Shown: positions 42,266-44,753 of the stretch, piece by piece
How the letters are laid out: every line of letters begins with the position of its first letter
Position numbering within the stretch: position 1 is the first letter of the stretch
NCBI GenBank assembly: GCA_048885185.1
Contig: JBHLQC010000001.1
Coordinates: 1 to 44,753, forward strand
Source of the DNA: Candidatus Odinarchaeota archaeon
GTDB lineage: Archaea > Asgardarchaeota > Hermodarchaeia > Hermodarchaeales > Hermodarchaeaceae
Length of the DNA stretch: 44,753 bases
Direction of reading: 5' to 3'
The notes under the pieces: model-generated
Told to the model about the DNA's origin: nothing
Databases searched by the model: none
The model's input: only the letters and a program-made list of their open reading frames with translations
Translations under genes and position numbers: made by a program

Positions 42266-43579
42266 GTGATGAAACTGAGTGAGCTGGATCGATTAGTCGA
42301 ACGAACACAAAAATTCGATCAACAAATGCTTTCAAAATGGGGATTCAAAACAGAGAGAATTGAGCTATTTGGTATTGATTCTGATGAGCTATATGTAGTT
42401 CCAGAGCACGAAGCCCTAGCAATAAAGAGAGCCGTTAACTATCTGCGTAATCAAACAGCTAGTGTGGTCGTATCTGGTCCTTTGGGCGCGGGAAAAACCA
42501 CATTTTTAGAAATGATCCAGCAATCATTGAATCGTCTACCAAATATTCGGGCCATAAGACTTGAAGGTGTTAGTTCGGCTGATGCTCTAATTGATGACCT
42601 GGTTCATGCAAACATTGGAGAACAAACCGTTCGTGATTTTTTAATTGACAGAGTTGGTGTTCGTGTCGTTCGCAGTGGTTCAGTTGCTAAACGGCTTTCC
42701 CGTTTACTATTGGCATTAAGAACCGATGCAGAAGAAAATGGAACCTCATATGTTTTCTTAATCGATGAATTTCGACAACTAGAACGCCAAAGACCTGATA
42801 ATCGTGTACGGATTGTAGATACGCTATTACGAATGGTAAACGATAAAACAAGAGATGGACGTCGATACGTTGTACTAGCCCTAGCAGTAATTACTCGTGT
42901 TGGCGAGAGTGCTATTAAGACTCTTGAAATTCTATCATCAGTTGGAGAAACCTTAGGGCATGGAACCAAGTCTGCTATTCGAAGACGGTTCGTTGAAATC
43001 TATGATATGCGTCGAATGAATAAATCAAGTGCAATGAAAGTCATGCTCTGGAGAATAGCCTACCTCAAAGGTGCAATGGATAAACTGCAATCGAATTCAG
43101 AGGATAGTTTAGATTTTGAATCAGATACAGTGAAAGAGTTACTGTATCCCTTTACGGTTGAAGCACTAGAGGGTATTTTCAGTTATTCTGGTGGGAATCC
43201 CGGGATTATGCTTGAGCTATTATTACGCTGTCTTCAGGATGCAGTTCGTGGTGCTGAAGTTCTTGTAAACGATGGTTACACGCTAGATAATGTTCTATCA
43301 GCATATCAAATAGACTTCAACTATGTTCAACGGTTTGTACAAAAAGAGGTAAAACGGGCAAGAGCAGAATTTTCCTCATTTCAAACTGAGCTTCTGAGTT
43401 TCCTTTCTATTGCACGATCACTTGATGAAATTGAAGACTGGCTACAAATTCATGATAGCTCTTGGGAAAACGTATTGGAGGATTTCGATCTATTTGAAAA
43501 ACAAGGTCTTATCTACAGTCCTGAAGCAGGACGCATTCAGGCCACTGAACTATGGACTAAGGGTTCCACATTTGTGTGA
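42266..43579 (+). CDS. Divergent AAA+ P-loop ATPase (Orc1/Cdc6- or ExeA/TniB-like) with a putative C-terminal winged helix
   Basis: 437 aa with Walker A VVSGPLGAGKTT, Walker B YVFLIDEF, and a sensor-2-like SGGNPGIMLELL. The C-terminus reads LEDFDLFEKQGLIYSPEAGRIQ. The likely start is ATG 42269. Confidence 0.6.
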   Translation: MMKLSELDRLVERTQKFDQQMLSKWGFKTERIELFGIDSDELYVVPEHEALAIKRAVNYLRNQTASVVVSGPLGAGKTTFLEMIQQSLNRLPNIRAIRLEGVSSADALIDDLVHANIGEQTVRDFLIDRVGVRVVRSGSVAKRLSRLLLALRTDAEENGTSYVFLIDEFRQLERQRPDNRVRIVDTLLRMVNDKTRDGRRYVVLALAVITRVGESAIKTLEILSSVGETLGHGTKSAIRRRFVEIYDMRRMNKSSAMKVMLWRIAYLKGAMDKLQSNSEDSLDFESDTVKELLYPFTVEALEGIFSYSGGNPGIMLELLLRCLQDAVRGAEVLVNDGYTLDNVLSAYQIDFNYVQRFVQKEVKRARAEFSSFQTELLSFLSIARSLDEIEDWLQIHDSSWENVLEDFDLFEKQGLIYSPEAGRIQATELWTKGSTFV

Positions 43580-43591
43580 GGTGAATAAAAC

Positions 43592-43960
43592 ATGTCGGCT
43601 ACGGATCTGATAAGAGAACGAATGAAGAAGGAAAAAGAAACTAAACCCAAAAAAGAATCAAAAAAACAAGCACAAGAAACAACTGACATCGAGTTAGACG
43701 AATTATCTTCAAGAGTCGGTGATTCAAGTCTTAAGCGCTTACGCATTGAAAGTGAATACGAAGGACGCAGAACTATAAGTGCAAGCATTCCAGCGTGGAT
43801 CAAAGCCGCCTTAGATTATGTGGCAATTGCTGCAACAAAATCCGGAGAAGGCAAGTATGGTGGGTTTGGTGGTAAATCGCGGTTTATCGCAGAGGCACTC
43901 GAAGAGAAAATAAAATCAGATTTTCCTGAGGTCTTCGAAAAGCTTCAACGCAAATCGTAA
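43592..43960 (+). CDS. Ribbon-helix-helix (CopG/MetJ-like) DNA-binding protein with a lysine-rich N-terminal tail
   Basis: 122 aa. The segment RTISASIPAWIKAALDYVA...SRFIAEALEEKI fits a beta-strand/helix/helix RHH pattern. A GAGGTGA Shine-Dalgarno-like sequence lies 8 nt upstream. The gene starts 12 nt after the ATPase stop. Confidence 0.55.
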   Translation: MSATDLIRERMKKEKETKPKKESKKQAQETTDIELDELSSRVGDSSLKRLRIESEYEGRRTISASIPAWIKAALDYVAIAATKSGEGKYGGFGGKSRFIAEALEEKIKSDFPEVFEKLQRKS

Positions 43961-44097
43961 AGAGTATAAACATAAATATTTTCAATAAAATTAATGAAAT
44001 TATTGAATTCATTCCCTTCAGTTATTTTTCTTTAGTTTCACTTTTAGGGAATCTGCTGCTTATGTTTAATTAGTGGGTGAGTTCCGGAGGCAGCAAA

Positions 44098-44697
44098 ATG
44101 CAAGTAAGCGGCACGAAAAGATTATCGATCGTCTCATTTGATTTCAAGCAGCCTAAAGGATCTAACCAGGCTAGAAAAACACGTTTTTTTCGAGAATTAT
44201 ATGGATACACCCAACAGGTTAAACGACTGTTAAAAAGTGGCAAAGAAATTACTCGCACTTATCATTATTCAGGAATAATGGATCAATTACCGTTTGTTAA
44301 ACTTGGAAAAAGTGTGTTAGGAGTTCAACCTGGTTCAGAAGGTCCTATACTTGAACTGCTTCACAAATTCGATGAAGTCGATTATTACAACTTCATTGGT
44401 TGGGTACCATCAGCGATTTGGACGGTCGTTGAGGATGACAACGTTTTGATGGCTAGTAAACTCATTGCTAGATTGGGTTATCTTTCAGTCCTATTTACGT
44501 TGAATAAGTTTGGAGGAGTTATTCAAGTCGAGGAACTTCTTAACTTCGGTTTCGATGCTGACTATATCAATCAAGCCGTAATTAATTTAGAAAAAAGTGG
44601 CCTTGTGCTTCTGAATCAAGATGTCATTCAGTGTACTGATACTGGAGAAACAGTAGGAACAATCTTGGCTGAGAAAATGAAAGTTTCAGAAATCTAA
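44098..44697 (+). CDS. Hypothetical protein: unknown N-domain (possibly Cas2/VapD-like ferredoxin fold) plus C-terminal wHTH
   Basis: 199 aa counted from ATG 44098, which has GGAGG 7 nt upstream; the track ORF starts at GTG 44077. The N-terminus RLSIVSFDFKQPKGSNQARKTRFFRELYGY weakly recalls the beta1-alpha1 of Cas2/VapD. The C-terminus VEELLNFGFDADYINQAVINLEKSGLVLL is wHTH-like. Confidence 0.45.
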   Translation: MQVSGTKRLSIVSFDFKQPKGSNQARKTRFFRELYGYTQQVKRLLKSGKEITRTYHYSGIMDQLPFVKLGKSVLGVQPGSEGPILELLHKFDEVDYYNFIGWVPSAIWTVVEDDNVLMASKLIARLGYLSVLFTLNKFGGVIQVEELLNFGFDADYINQAVINLEKSGLVLLNQDVIQCTDTGETVGTILAEKMKVSEI

Positions 44698-44753
44698 CGA
44701 TTTTTTGGCTTTCAATAAAGATCCTTATTCGGGTTTTAGGGCAAGTGGTTTGG

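Noticed and set aside
1-44753. CRISPR arrays, rRNA genes, transposases or integrases, and inteins in AtpA, PolD, Orc1 or Lhr
   Set aside because: No regularly spaced short repeats and no rRNA-like stretches were seen. No recombinase motifs appear in any ORF. The usual intein hosts have normal lengths and uninterrupted conserved blocks.

Overview
This is an archaeal chromosomal segment with dense, mostly housekeeping coding. It carries a canonical replication origin. Core genes, left to right: PolD large subunit DP2 (partial, absent from the ORF track), a dolichol-kinase-like protein, a GT2 glycosyltransferase, an Elf1 homologue, RPA, an Lhr helicase, a fragmentary A-type ATPase operon (HTH-atpF-atpA-[AbrB/PhoU]-atpB), cofE-like/folP/gcvT, pyrH, aRF1, valS, MoxR+VWA, PolD small subunit DP1, Orc1/Cdc6, hypF. 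I found six tRNA genes by eye, and all of them encode CCA. Three contain introns, and tRNA-Pro(CGG) is split by four bulge-helix-bulge-bounded introns. The origin lies right of orc1/cdc6. It has four TTCCAGTGGAAAT-type ORB elements, three with a G-string, around a stretch of about 29% G+C. Two small winged-helix genes are embedded in it and are transcribed toward the unwinding region. The best candidates for undescribed biology are: (i) two tandem paralogous ~580-aa proteins (29.7-33.6 kb), each with a novel N-domain plus two Lrp/AsnC-like HTH modules, separated by a 75-nt tandem repeat and a hairpin/oligo-T element; (ii) a three-gene module at the right edge (42.3-44.7 kb) of an Orc/ExeA-like AAA+ ATPase, an RHH protein and an unknown-N-domain+wHTH protein; (iii) the gene-containing origin. 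PolD, Elf1, multi-intron tRNAs and the A-type ATPase suggest a TACK/Asgard-like lineage, which is inference only. I saw no CRISPR array, rRNA, integrase or transposase. All calls come from reading the sequence and translations, with no searches run.
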